Assembly: GCA_002633005.1 (NCBI GenBank)
Contig: NMRA01000611.1
Coordinates: 32,674 to 96,673 of the forward strand
Source: Phoronis australis
Taxonomy: Eukaryota > Animalia > Phoronida
Length of the DNA: 64,000 nt
Direction of reading: 5' to 3'
This document shows positions 1-12,298 of this stretch, in pieces. The translations under genes were made by a program, and so were the position numbers. Position 1 is the first letter of the stretch. Each line of letters opens with the position of its first letter. The notes beneath the pieces are model-generated. The model did no database searches and had not been told where the DNA came from. It saw only the letters and a list, made by a program, of their open reading frames with translations.

Positions 1-518
1 TCAAACAGAATAAAGGTGGGCGGGTTAGATCAAAACATAAAACCCACCAACTTCCTCCAAATGTACTCATAGTTCCAAAACAACTTCCCAGAACAACATC
101 ATAAGATTCCACATATGAACCTAAGCTTTCGCCAAATATGGTCACGGACAGACAAATCTTTAAGTAATTTATGCTGAATAATAACAAGACTATTGTTGTT
201 GTCAGAACTGGCTAACCCCACAGTTGACCAATTCCGGTGAATTTAAAGTTACATAATTCTGCTAGCAGAGCATAAACACATGTTAGAGACAAATATGCTG
301 ATTCATTTCCTATGCACTCATTGGAGGCAATAAATTTCAGTAAACAACTAATACCCTTAATTAATTACACAACAATCACTATATACTTAATTAATACTTA
401 TACTTCTCATGTAATATTATTCTCATGTACATAGTCAACCCAAGTTCTAATGTGTTTGTATCATAATTTAATGATAAATAAATGACATGTTCATCCTACA
501 TAAAATCTCCCCGTAACA
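1..518 (-). repeat. 3' LTR of the Gmr1-like element (partial)
   Basis: Near-identical to 13321-13789 + 16448-16494; ends ...CCGTAACA on + (TGTTACGG on -). Contains the empty TTAA (468-471) occupied by piggyBac in the other LTR. Confidence 0.92.
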
Positions 519-533
519 CAATTCCCCCTTTAA
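519..533 (-). other. Polypurine tract (PPT)
   Basis: Minus strand TTAAAGGGGGAATTG immediately before the TG of the 3' LTR; repeated at 716-730 in a 197-bp duplication. Confidence 0.85.
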
Positions 534-772
534 GGATGAACATGGGAATTTATGTTCCAACTACACATCATAATATTAAACATGACGACTGAGGAAATCT
601 ATCTCATGTAATATTATTCTCATGTACATAGTCAACCCAAGTTCTAATGTGTTTTTATCATACTTTAATGATAAATAAATGACATGTTCATCCTACATAA
701 AATCTCCCCGTAACACAATTCCCCCTTTAAGGATGAACATGGGAATTTATGTTCCAACTACACATCATAATA

Positions 773-3700
773 TTATACATGACGAATGAGGAAATCTGCC
801 CCAATATTGCTATCACCCTTAATGTATTCCACTCTGAAGCAAAATGGTTGCAAGGACATGGCCCACCTCATAATCCTCTGATTAGTAAATTTGGCTTTGT
901 GCAAATATGACAGTGACTCATGGTCGGTCTGCAAAACAAATTCGTTCCCATAAAGGTAAACTCTAAACTTATTGATTGCCCAACAGATTGCCATGCACTC
1001 GCGTTCCATAACGGAATATCTCTGTTCCCGTTCGCTTAATTTTTTACTAGCATAAGCTACAGGAAATAATGCTCCTTCGTGCATCTGCATTAAGCAAGCA
1101 CCCAGACCAACGTCTGAAGCGTCTGTTTGTAAATAAAAGATTTCCTCTGTCTTAGGAAGTTTCAAAACTGGCCTTTGGCACAGCTCGTGCTTGATCGTCT
1201 CAAATGCTTTAGCTTGTTCTTCACCCCATGTAAGCTTATCAGGTTTACCCTTCTTGGTTAGCTCAGTTAACGGAAGAACTTTATCGGAATAATCCTTAAT
1301 GAATTTCCGATAATAATTGATCAGTCCCAAAAATGAACGAAGTTGGCGCTTGGTTTTTGGAACTGCAGCGGCTTTCATTTTTTCAGTTTTTTCCGCTTGC
1401 GTCATAAGAAACCCATCCTTAATACGATGTCCAGTGAATTCAATATCAGAATACCCAAGAAAACACTTTGTCGGTTTAACGGTCCGGTTGGCTTTACGAA
1501 CCTTATTAAACAAAACTTTCATCTGACTTATGTGATGGTCCCAATTCGACGTGTGAAGCAAAACGTCATCGACGAAATTGTCGACATTTGACATGTCTCC
1601 CAACAATTTTCTCATCATTTTATTGTAGGTAGCCCCACTGTTCACTAGCCCAAATGGCATCTTGATATACTGATAATGACCAAAAGGTGTCGTGAATGCT
1701 GTGATTTCTTTGGAAGTGTCTTCCATAGGAATCTGCCAATAACCTTTGCAAAAATCAATTTTGCTGAAAAATCTGTCACTTGCGCACTTTGTAAAGATGG
1801 CCTCGGGGTCAGGCATTCCTTCACAATCAAATTTAGTGACTTTGTTAACCTTCCGCATGTCTCGACAATATCGGACACCCCCGTCTTTCTTCTTGACAAT
1901 GACAAGTGGCGAACAATATGGAAATTCAGAAGGCTCAATGATCCCCATTCTCAACATGTCATCAATTTCTCGTTTCATATCTCCATAAAGAGAATATGGA
2001 ACTGGATAAGGATTAGATCGTATGGGGTCCTTGTCCCTCAACTCAATCTTATGTTCAATTAGATCAGTTGTTCCTGGCTTTGATGAGAATATGTCTGCAT
2101 ATTCTTCCACCATTCGTATCAAAGCATCTTTCTGGTCGCTAGTCAAATCAGGATTGATTTGCACATCACGATAAGTTTCGAGTTTTTCCGATACACCAGG
2201 GGTATCGACTGACGCAGTGCCATCGCACTCGTCGTCCATATCTTCAAATGTGATAGCAGCGACACTCGCATGAGTGTTTGGCTCTTCCCTACGGAAATAC
2301 TGCTTCAACATATTGATATGGAACACCTTTGTTTTCCCATTAATCTCAATGGCATAATTGCAAAAACCTAATCGCTCCTTGATTGGAAATGGACCTTTCC
2401 ATTTCATTTGCAATTTGTTGCGCTCTGTTGGCAGTAGGATTAGAGCTTCGTCACCTGACTTCAGTTGTCGCAGTTTTGTTGACTTATCATAATACGCCTT
2501 TTGCGTTTGTTGGGCCTTTAACAACGCCTCAGAGGTGATCTTGCAGGTTTCCTGCAATCTCTTACGAAGGTCAAGGACATATTCGTAAGTGTCGCGTACC
2601 TCTTCTTCGACTGCCTCACCTGTCCACAATTCGCGCAAAATTGTCATAGGACCTCTGACAGCCCTCCCATACAGGACTTCAAATGGAGAAACCCCCCCTA
2701 AACCATCTACGGGAGCTTCCCTATAAGCAAAGAGCAAGGGTTCAATGAACCTATCCCACTGTCGGGGTTGTTCACCTACCATACGTTTTAGCATTTGCTT
2801 CAAGGTTCCGTTATACTTTTCACACGACCCGTTGGTTTGTGCGTGATAAGGTGAAGTCTTTACACTCCTTATGGAGAGTAATCTGTGGACTTCTTTCATA
2901 ATGTCCGAATTAAACTGAGTGCCTTTGTCACTCAACACTTGATGAGGAATACCCACATCACTAAACATCTTCAGTAATGCTTCAGCTACGGTAATTGTGT
3001 CAATGTTTGACAGGGCAACCGCCTTTGGGTATCTAGTTGCCATGTCAACTATGGTCAATATGTATTTGTGACCACGTGCGCTTGATGGTTGTAATGGACC
3101 TATTAAATCCACAGCAACCCGGTAAAATGGCTCCTGCATGATAGGCATTTTACCTAAGGGTGCCTTAGGGACCCTACCCTTCGGAATTGTTCTCTGGCAC
3201 ACATCATAGGACTTACAAAATCTATTTATGTCTTGGTGCATTCCAAGCCAATAAAAATTAGCTTGGATGCGTTCGGTTGTTTTGCCAATACCCATGTGTC
3301 CAGCCAAAATGGACTCGTGGCCTATGGTCATCACTGCACCCCTAAACTTAGTAGGCACTACCAATTGACCATCATTATTGTCCTTCCCTGACCCAGACAG
3401 TCTATACAGGAATTTATCCTTGTAACCGAATGAGACTGCCCCATCCTTACTGTCATTAGACATTGCATCGTTTGCCTTTTCATGGAGCTTTTTGAGCGTG
3501 ATGTCACCTTGCTGTTCCTTAACAAACGGGTCTACATCACCTATCTCCAGCAAATTTGGGACATGTAATTTAACAGTCTTCGCTTTGTGCTGTTGCTTGG
3601 TTTGTTGACGGGTCACAACNTCCTTCCCTGACCCAGACAGTCTATACAGGAATTTATCCTTGTAACCGAATGAGACTGCCCCATCCTTACTGTCATCAGG

Positions 3701-3961
3701 CATTGCATCGTTTGCCTTTTCATGGAGCTTTTTGAGCGTGGTGTCACTTTGCTGTTCCTTAACAAACTGGTCTACATCACCTATCTCCGGCAAATTTGGG
3801 ACATGTAATTTAACAGTCTTCGCTTTGTGCTGTTGCTTGGTTTGTTGACGGGTCACAACTGCACCGGATGTACTTGTGTGGCCGATTGGATTACTGGCCG
3901 AATTCCGTTGTTGGAATTCCTTATACAGATGGCTGACAAATAACCTCTGGTAAGTTACCAA
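773..3961 (-). CDS. pol: integrase - reverse transcriptase - RNase H
   Basis: IN zinc finger GHESILAGH..CKSYDVC (one Cys changed to Tyr) and DDE core (VDLIGP, SDKGTQF, EKYNG), GPY/F region (WKGPF), RT (KIDFCKGYWQI, MPFGL, FVDD), RNase H (QTDASDVGLG, TDHESL). Out of frame with the upstream protease near 3920-3960. Confidence 0.95.
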   Translation of the reverse strand: MVTYQRLFVSHLYKEFQQRNSASNPIGHTSTSGAVVTRQQTKQQHKAKTVKLHVPNLPEIGDVDQFVKEQQSDTTLKKLHEKANDAMPDDSKDGAVSFGYKDKFLYRLSGSGKXVVTRQQTKQQHKAKTVKLHVPNLLEIGDVDPFVKEQQGDITLKKLHEKANDAMSNDSKDGAVSFGYKDKFLYRLSGSGKDNNDGQLVVPTKFRGAVMTIGHESILAGHMGIGKTTERIQANFYWLGMHQDINRFCKSYDVCQRTIPKGRVPKAPLGKMPIMQEPFYRVAVDLIGPLQPSSARGHKYILTIVDMATRYPKAVALSNIDTITVAEALLKMFSDVGIPHQVLSDKGTQFNSDIMKEVHRLLSIRSVKTSPYHAQTNGSCEKYNGTLKQMLKRMVGEQPRQWDRFIEPLLFAYREAPVDGLGGVSPFEVLYGRAVRGPMTILRELWTGEAVEEEVRDTYEYVLDLRKRLQETCKITSEALLKAQQTQKAYYDKSTKLRQLKSGDEALILLPTERNKLQMKWKGPFPIKERLGFCNYAIEINGKTKVFHINMLKQYFRREEPNTHASVAAITFEDMDDECDGTASVDTPGVSEKLETYRDVQINPDLTSDQKDALIRMVEEYADIFSSKPGTTDLIEHKIELRDKDPIRSNPYPVPYSLYGDMKREIDDMLRMGIIEPSEFPYCSPLVIVKKKDGGVRYCRDMRKVNKVTKFDCEGMPDPEAIFTKCASDRFFSKIDFCKGYWQIPMEDTSKEITAFTTPFGHYQYIKMPFGLVNSGATYNKMMRKLLGDMSNVDNFVDDVLLHTSNWDHHISQMKVLFNKVRKANRTVKPTKCFLGYSDIEFTGHRIKDGFLMTQAEKTEKMKAAAVPKTKRQLRSFLGLINYYRKFIKDYSDKVLPLTELTKKGKPDKLTWGEEQAKAFETIKHELCQRPVLKLPKTEEIFYLQTDASDVGLGACLMQMHEGALFPVAYASKKLSEREQRYSVMERECMAICWAINKFRVYLYGNEFVLQTDHESLSYLHKAKFTNQRIMRWAMSLQPFCFRVEYIKGDSNIGADFLIRHV

Positions 3962-5909
3962 TTATTACATCGCAAACAGGATTTTCCAGTAGTATGGCAA
4001 CTAAACTACCAGTATAAACCGGCGTTTCTACATAGACGGACGCAAGAGGCGCCGCGTGTTTAGTCATGTCTACCGGAGTATAGGAACCAGTTTGCTTCAA
4101 TACTTGGTCTGGCCTTACCAGGGAAGATTTGATAATGGCCCCTGTACAACCAGTGTCCCTCAGCACTGACACAGTTTGTCCATTAACAGTGCCCGTTTTA
4201 ACAAACAAATCTGGAAATTCGTCCACAGCTCGAATTTCAATATCATTGGAGACACCTGTGTCCCCTTGAGCGACCTTTCGCTCATCAACTACAGAGATGG
4301 CTGCAGCCTTGGTCTTTGCTTTGAATTTGCAGNACAGGATTTTCCAGTAGTATGGCAACTAAACTACCAGTATAAACCGGCGTTTCTACATAGACGGACG
4401 CAAGAGGCGCCGCGTGTTTAGTCATGTCTACCGGTGTATAGGAACCAGTTTGCTTCAATACTTGGTCTGGCCTTACCAGGGAGGATTTGATAATGGCCCC
4501 TGTACAACCAGTATTCCTCAGCACTGACACAGTTTGTCCATTAACAGTGCCCGTTTTAACAAACAAATCTGGAAATTCGTCCACAGCTCGAATTTCAATA
4601 TCATTGGAGACATCTGTGTCCCCTTGAGCGACCTTTCGCTCATCAACTACAGAGATGGCTGCAGCCTTGGTCTTTGCTTTGAATTTGCAGTCCTTGGCTA
4701 TATGCCCCTTCTCTGAACATAAGAAACAAACTAAATCTCTCGGTTTGTTATTACTAGACTTCAGAATATTCCTATCATGGGGTGACACTCTGCTTTCTCC
4801 ATTGTTCATAGATGGGTTCTTACCCTTTGTTTGGCCCCTTCCATCACCACTGTGAATAGTTTTTGGCCGTTGGGGGTTGATGCCGTGTGCATCAATGTAG
4901 ATATCTGCTACTTCACAAGCTTCATCCAATGAGCTTGCCCCCTTTTCTTTCACGAAGGACGCTATTTCCTTGTGAATAGAATGAAGGAATCGGTCTTTAA
5001 TTATAAGGGTCCGTATTCCCTCGAACGACTCTTCCGCCTGAGCCATTTCGCACCAGCGGTCGAAAGTCATTGACAGGCGTGCTACAAATTGAGCAGCCGT
5101 CTCCCCTTTTTCAATGGTAGATTGAAAAAACNTTTCCTTGTGAATAGAATGAAGGAATCGGTCTTTAATTATAAGGGTCCGTATTCCCTCGAACGACTCT
5201 TCCGCCTGGGCCATTTCGCACCAGCGGTCGAAAGTCATTGACAGGCGTGCAACAAATTGAGCAGCCGTCTCCCCTTTTTCAATGGTAGATTGAAAATCTT
5301 TTTTCTGTAACCGTCTTCGGTTAACACATAGCTTTTTAATAAAGCTTCCTTAATTTTTTTGTAATTGTCAACATCTTCAGTTGACATCCTAGAATAAGTG
5401 TCCAGTGCCTTCCCTTCCAGAAGGACACTCAAATTAATAGCCATTTCTTCTTGGCACCAACCATTTGTGGCTGCATACTTCTCAAACCTTGAGAGGTATG
5501 AATCCATGTTGTCGCGGTTTTCATCGAAACATGGTAATTTCGGCCCCCTTTGGGCGTAGGGTTTGGTTTTCGTTGCTGAATCTCTTTCAATTCCGGAATT
5601 TTTGAGCCTTTGCAACTCTACTTGCTGATTTATAATATGATTCTCGTGAGCCATTTCCCTTTCACGGGAATCACNAATTTCGGCCCCCTTTGGGCGTAGG
5701 GTTTGGTTTTCGTTGCTGAATCTCTTTCAATTCCGGCATTTTTGAGCCTTTACAACTCTACTTGCTGATTTATAATATGATTCTCGTGAGCCATTTCCTT
5801 TTCACGGGAATCACGAATGAGCTGGCGCTCTTGACGCTCAAAAATTTCTTTTTGCTTTCGCTCAACATATTCCATTAAATCAGTTCCTTCCAAACCAATC
5901 TGTTGACCT

Positions 5910-7587
5910 GGGCCCGGTCTCCAATCTCCGTACTCAGACTCGAATCATGCTCAAACTCACACTTCATACTCAACTCAAGTACAGACTCAGCTTTGGTGTA
6001 TTCAATGTCATACTCGAAAAATCTGTACTCGAAATTTCGAGCACGTACTCAATTTTCGAGTATACTCGAAGCGAAGTGCATTTCATCCATATTTCGAGTA
6101 CGATTTTGAGTAAAAATTCCGAGTATATGCTCTAAATTTCAAGTTTGGCATGGCAGTGTGCTTGAAATCGTACTCGAAAATAAATACGAGCCAGAGAACA
6201 AAATATCGAAAGGGAACCAAGAAACANTACTCGAAATTTCGAGCACGTACTCAATTTTCGAGTGTACTCGAAGCGAAGTGTATTTCATCCATATTTCGAG
6301 TACAATTTTGAGTAAAAACTCCGAGTATATGCTCTAAATTTCAAGTTTGGTTAGGCAGTGTGCTTGAAATCGTACTCGAAAATAAATATGGCGGATGTGA
6401 GACATAAACAGATTATTCAACGAGCAAGAGAAGAAATTATCAAAAGACCATTGAGAGACGCATCAAATCCCTTAGAAAATTTAAGTCGACGTACCATATT
6501 TCAGCGTTTCCGTTTCAGTCCAGAGACAATAGTTTTCATTTTAAACCTTCTTCATCTTTACCCGCCGTATCACCGGACTTCATTGCCTCCACTTTACAAA
6601 CTTCTTCTCACACTACGATTTCTTGCAACTGGCGCATTCTACTCCCTAGTCGGCGAGTCGTTACGAGTGTCCAAAGCAGCTGTGGGGAAAGCCGTGCGGG
6701 AAGTTTGCGATGCCCTGAATGCAGCAGGTGCTCAACGATTTGTACGGTTTCTGAATGACGAGAAGGCTAGGAAAGCTAAGCTACAGTTTGCTTCCATGTC
6801 AGGTAGGCCTACATTTCCCATCATAGTTTTAGTTATCCATATTTCCTTAGTCACTGAATCGGCGAGTCGTACTCCATTAGGCCTAATATTTGCATAAATT
6901 ATTTCTCAGTAGACGTCTCGACCCGTTCACTGATGAACTCTGAATGCTTGTAGCAAGGAGTGTACGAGAGTTCACTCCGCCATTTTACCATTCACCGCAA
7001 TGGTTACTGGTCGAAACACTAGCGCTCCAAGCGGCGAATAATCAACACTTAGTTTGGCGCGCAGTCCGAACAATGTAAACGCTCATAAATTTATACTTTA
7101 ATGACATTCAACGTGCAATAAAATTACAGTGTGATTGAAAATGGTTAGAATACATAAACTAACATCCACTTACAATAGAATGAGAAAGAAAATGTGTATT
7201 TTAATCAATATTAAAGTGTATTTGTTTTTATTCTCTTCATTTGAAGCTCCCTTCAAAATTCATCATGGTTTTGTTTCATGTTTGAGTTCTTAACACGGCA
7301 ATTATCGTTCCTTATAACAGTTCATACCTCCACGGACTGCATAATTTGAATGATTGTCCCTGGGGGTTCAGAGGGGAATTCCCGCCAGGTGCCAGCTAAG
7401 GGGGTACCAGGCAAAAACCGGCAGGTAGGCACGAAAAGGGTGTTGACCCCCTCAAAGGGGGGTTACATGGGAGGAGTGCTAAACAGGTAAAAACCAATGG
7501 GTATGTATGCCACATGGGTGTTGAGCCCCTCCCATCGTCACACATTTTGGTTGCTCCTCTGACCATTGACAAACATGTTGCTCCCAG
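5910..7587 (+). mobile_element. PIF/Harbinger DNA transposon, left part, inserted in gag; right end not seen before the N at 7588
   Basis: gag sequence stops at ~5909 and is followed by a GGGCCCGG.. terminus, many TACTCG/TACTCA subterminal repeats (5930-6380) and a HARBI1-like exon. Confidence 0.7.
6388..6802 (+). CDS. Harbinger (HARBI1-like) transposase, first exon
   Basis: MADVRHK..RFRFSPETI..LLLTLRFLATGAFYSLVGESLRVSKAAVGKAVREVCDAL, a typical HARBI1 N-terminal HTH region; ends at CAG|GTAGG donor. Confidence 0.8.
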
Positions 7588-8195
7588 NCACGGGAATCAC
7601 GAATGAGCTGGCGCTCTTGACGCTCAAAAATTTCTTTTTGCTTTCGCTCAACATATTCCATTAAATCAGTTCCTTCCAAACCAAGTTGTTGACCCTGTGT
7701 CAAAAACTTATTAAAATTTTCCGGATCCATACTGAAATTTTATTTTCTAAACACCCCTCGCAATGGACTACTCTAAAGAGTTAATCTTTACCAGAGGCAC
7801 TTGTTCAGGCTACTGAACCTAAACAAAAACAACACTTATGTAACACGCAGGCAATCTGTCAGTACACAACCCAGCTGATTCTGCCACAACTATCTCATAA
7901 CCCAAATGTATGTCTACACAAAGAGTGCTCAATCCCCCTAAGGTTAACCCACTTAGGATATTTATGACTAAAATTTAGTGGATGAGTGAAGTACAGTAGT
8001 AAAGGGCATAAACAATGCAAGGCAAACTTACCCAACTGGTTCTTTGTCCTGTGGAACACTGATGCACTTTCTTTGCTAACACTCACAAATTCACAGAACA
8101 CTGTCTTCGAATTCTACAAAACTCACAATTTCCTTTTCTTAGCCAATACGGTATTTCAACACACCAGCCTTTACGATATTCGGTGACAATTAATT

Positions 8196-8218
8196 TTCAA
8201 CTCCCGGACTGGCCCCAA
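8196..8218 (-). other. Primer-binding site, tRNA-Pro-like
   Basis: Minus strand TTGGGGCCAGTCCGGGAGTTGAA just after the LTR end ...GTGACA; resembles the complement of the tRNA-Pro 3' end (TGGGGGCTCGTCCGGGATTTGAA), 19/23 by eye. Confidence 0.75.
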
Positions 8219-8493
8219 AAATGTCACGTGGCGTATATCTTGCCGGTAGGCGGTTGAAATAACACAATTTGATTTGGATGTAATAATGAGTATATTGACT
8301 AATTGTTTGAATTTCCCTAAATGAAAAATCATAAAGATTAATAAAGAAGCCTAATTTAATCAGTCTGTGATCACGTTTCCCATTCCTGGCGTCGGCCTTG
8401 GATCCAGTGTTACACTTGTTATGAGGAGTTTCCTCTTCTCTTGATCCAGTCTTCCAAGCAGTCTTCACTTGATGAAATGCTTCGGAATAACCA

Positions 8494-8635
8494 TGAAGTT
8501 CAGTCCATCGAACAACATATATGTTAACATTGAATTCAGTCCATCGAATCCTAGATACAATGTACCCTCTTTGAAATTCAGTCCATCGAATTTCTGCTAC
8601 ACGTATCGGATTGAAATTCAGTCCATCGAATTTCT
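8494..8635. repeat. Four spaced copies of TGAA(A)TTCAGTCCATCGAA inside the LTR
   Basis: CAGTCCATCGAA begins at 8501, 8537, 8579 and 8619 (periods 36/42/40) with dissimilar intervening sequence. Confidence 0.9.
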
Positions 8636-8799
8636 ACAGCTTGTGATATTTCTCAGCAAACCAGTAGCATCTCTTCAGGAATATCTGCGATATCTCTCTA
8701 GCAAGCTGGTTGCCTCTCTCCAAGAAATATCTAATACTTTTTTTTTCTTTGAATAAAATTTATTGAACAATACAAACACAGAAGACGATAAAAACAATA

Positions 8800-11700
8800 C
8801 TAGAAGGTAAAACGTAGTTTACCATTATCTACAACACAGAGAGTGTCATTACAGCACCAGAAATCGATAAAGTCGTCCCGCAACAATCTGTAGAAATCTA
8901 TCTTAATGCGGGATTTAAGACGACCAAAGAAATCAAATGTAATGTCATCCGTAGAGGACGGCACATGATCAAATAACAACCTGTTACGCATGAACCAGAT
9001 GGCAGACTTTAGCTCTGCTGACTATATAAGAAATAGGGTATGCTGGTGGGCATCCAAACCAGCAAACACTAGGTACAACATACTAAATGCGGAAACCTTA
9101 ACATGGTCACCAAACAAAGAAAATAGCATAGCATCTAAGACTTCCACACAGGGAGCAACAACCTCGCACTCATAAAAAAGATGAATTGAAGTCTCAGGAG
9201 ACAGTTCGCAGAACGGGCACGTGTCCGTCGAGCTAATAGTGCGAGCAAACAAGTTACTACGTAATGGCAAGAAATTATTAACGACTTTCCAACACAGGTC
9301 AGTCGCACGTCCCTCTAGACAGGGGGAAAAAACATACCTCCATATTTGCTTAATATGAGGAAGAAAGCTAGGATCAATCGAAATCTTAAACGGCTTGACA
9401 ATAGAACTCATAAACTTCCAATAAATAATCTTATTTGAGACAGACTCAAAATTGACGTTAGAAAAACGGCGACGAAAGTCCCGATAGAACGCCAACAGGT
9501 TGACGTAAAAGGGCGGAATGAAGGCTGAGTGAGGAACGATATTAGACGCCAGTTCGGGCTTCACCTCGCGGAAGTACATCCCGATCCAGTAAGTAGTGTA
9601 ATATTTCCAACGGAAATGTGTCGGATGAAAAAGGTAGCGATGAAGATGCATGAGCCGATAAGCTTTCAATTAGTAGCCACGTCAACGAGAGAAAAACCAC
9701 CGTTCTTTGGGCGGTTGTATAGAGTCTCGCGACGCGTGAATTCCAGTCGGTTACGGCCTTCTTTCTTGTAAAAGAAGTCATATTGTAATGAGACGATGCG
9801 AGACAACGCGTCGGCTGGAATGTCCAAAAAAGAGCCAACATACCACAGCTTTGTTAGCGCGTAAGAGTGGAGAACAGTACTCCGAGCAGTATAGGACAGT
9901 TCGCGCTGTCCGTGAGCGGATAAGACCGCCGACAGTTTTGTCAAAACAGGGCTCCAGTTCGACACCGAACGATCGCCCTCGGTAACGCGAAAACCGATAA
10001 TCTTATGTTCGGGAACCCAATCGATACCGAACGGCTTATCAATCTTGTTCCTCCAGCCTCCAAGCCAGATCCCTTTAGACTTGTGAACGTTCAGCTTGGC
10101 ACCATTAGCCTTACAAAAATTATTCATAATATCAAAGCATCTATCAACAGATTCTAAAGAAGAGATGCACAGAGTAGTATCGTCAGCATATAGCGAGACC
10201 TTAGCATCATCTTGACAACCCGGTACATGAATACCACGTATTAAAGGATCACTGCGAATCGCAACAGCAAAAGGTTCAATACGTACAAGAGCATGGACAA
10301 GGGGCAACCTTGCCGAACCCCCCGGCCTATTACAATTTCATCAGTCAAAAAGCCATTGACTAAGACTCTGCTAACAGGTCGGCTATACAAGAGTCGAACC
10401 CAATCAATAAATGATTCACCAAGACCAAAACCACGCAGGCAACCAAAAAGATAATCATAATTGACCCGGTCAAAGGCCTTCTCTTGATCGAGAGATATAA
10501 GAGCACAATTGAGGTTTTTTGAACCAACATAGTCTAAGATATTACGCAGCAAGTGCGCGTTGTCGACACTAGAACGGCCGGGCACGGCAGCCGTCTGATC
10601 TAGATGGACAATGTCGCCCATTACGGAAGCTAAACGCGTGGCCAGAACTTTGGCTAGAATCTTATAGTCTACATTGAGAAGAGAAATGGGTCTCCAAAAC
10701 TTAAGGTCATCTGCGTGGTTCCGATCCTTGCACAATAAAGTTATCACACCCAGACGCTGCGAATCCGACAAGGATCGAGCATGAAAAGCGTTATTTAGCA
10801 TCTCTACAAAGGACGCACCGAAAATATCAAAAAAGGAATAATAAAATTCTCTAGGTAAACCATCCGACCCGGGGGTCTTGTTATTATGCATAGCCCTAAT
10901 GGCTGACAGGCATTCATCAAAGGTAATCGGATCACCTAAAGCCTCCTGCTCAGAGGCAGACACACGAGGCAAATTAGACAAAAAGGACTCACAGAGATCC
11001 TCATCCAGAGGTTCATGTGAATATAAATTACTATAATAACGGTGTACTTCACTCATGATATCCTCAGTACCAGTCACCAAATTCTGACCAATAGTTAGAG
11101 ACGGAATTATCTTATTGCGAGCATTCTGCTTCTCGCGAACAGAAAAAGCATGAGAAGGTTTTTCATTACAGTCCAAGAGGCGTGCTCTCGAACGAATTTT
11201 GACCCCTTCGTTTTGTAGGTTATATAAGGATTGTAATTTGCGCTTCAGCTCAGACGCCAATACAGCGCCTTCACCAGATATATCATAGTGATGAAGTACC
11301 TTACGTAATTCTCGCTCTGAGACAATTATATCATTACGTAATGTAGAGCGAATACGTCTACTGTGTTGAATTATAAGGGATTTGAATTTACACTCGCACT
11401 GGTCCCACCACTCGGGGCTCTTAACAGGGGCTCGATCCAGGCAAGACCACAGAGAGATAAGATCGCTACGGAATAGAGGCGATTTTAAAACTGAAACGTT
11501 ACACTTCCAGTAGGAAGTGGGATTTTTGGGGGCAGCAATGCTGACACAAAGAAATACAAAATCATGATCAGAAAAAGCACAAGGCAAAAACGATGCACTA
11601 TAGTCGCTGATATCATTGGATATGTAGAAACGATCTAACCGGCAGGCTACATTGGTCCCTCGCCAGGTGAATTGTAATCCAGTGGGATTATGTGAGCGAA

Positions 11701-12241
11701 AATGATCTTTAACAGCATAAGCGCGCTGAATATTAGAAAGAGAACGGGAACCATAAGAACCAAGACGGGGGTTTCCACCCCGTTTATCAAGGGAGACGTC
11801 ATCAACACAATTGAAGTCTCCGCCAAAAATAAATTTCCGACGTGGAAGAAAAAACTGGTGAAGGTCATCAAAAAAGTTTTTTCGGGCAAGAGGCACATTA
11901 GGTGCATATATGTTAATGAGACGGAATGTCTCACCAGAAAAGGAAACGTCAAGTACTAAGAGGCGACCTTCAAAGTCAAAATGAAAAAAGCCAGTTTGAA
12001 AAACGAGAAGGGGATTAAAAAGAATGGCAACGCCCTTAGAATTACCATGGGAGAAACTCCAAAAGCATTTACCGCCCCACTCGGCCTCCCAAGATTTTGC
12101 AGTGGCCAGAGAGTCTACGTGAACCTCTTGTAAAAATATTACATCCACATTATGTGACCGGGCAATGGAAAATACCGCACTGCGCTTAGCAGGGTCTCTA
12201 AACCCATTGACATTTAGGGAAGCAAATTTCAAGTTATGCAT
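8800..12241 (-). pseudogene. Tx1 ORF2 (APE endonuclease - RT - C-terminal zinc finger), about 3 frameshifts
   Basis: SLNVNG, FLQEVH, GGDFN, RLDRFY, SDH (APE); PGSDG, WRPISLLN, DQEKAFD, RQGCPLS, YADD (RT); CPFC..ETSIHLFYEC. Pieces 10241-12241, 9666-10307, 9022-9669, 8800-8991. Confidence 0.92.
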
Positions 12242-12298
12242 GAGAAAAAAAGAAAAAGAAAAGGGTGACAGGTACAGAGGATACCCAGTAAAGACATC

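Larger units (their letters stand above)
3921..7730 (-). pseudogene. gag-protease of the Gmr1-like element, split by N-joined duplications and a Harbinger insertion
   Basis: ORFs 7479-7730 (MDPENF...), 5235-5654 (PKLPCFDE..DSYLSRFE), 4285-5238 (SCAN-like capsid, CFLCSEKGHIAKDC) and 3921-4358 (VLRDTGC..CDVIIGN). Confidence 0.88.

Noticed and set aside
3381-6400. Tandem duplications within gag/pol and the Harbinger end (joins at N3620, N4333, N5132, N5675, N6227) suggesting duplicated protein domains
   Set aside because: Each pair is joined by exactly one N and differs by a few SNPs, the pattern of overlapping contig ends from alleles or paralogues. Treated as assembly artefacts.
8494-8635. 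CRISPR array
   Set aside because: Eukaryotic context, only four short repeats, inside an LTR, no cas genes. Kept only as an LTR repeat-spacer observation.
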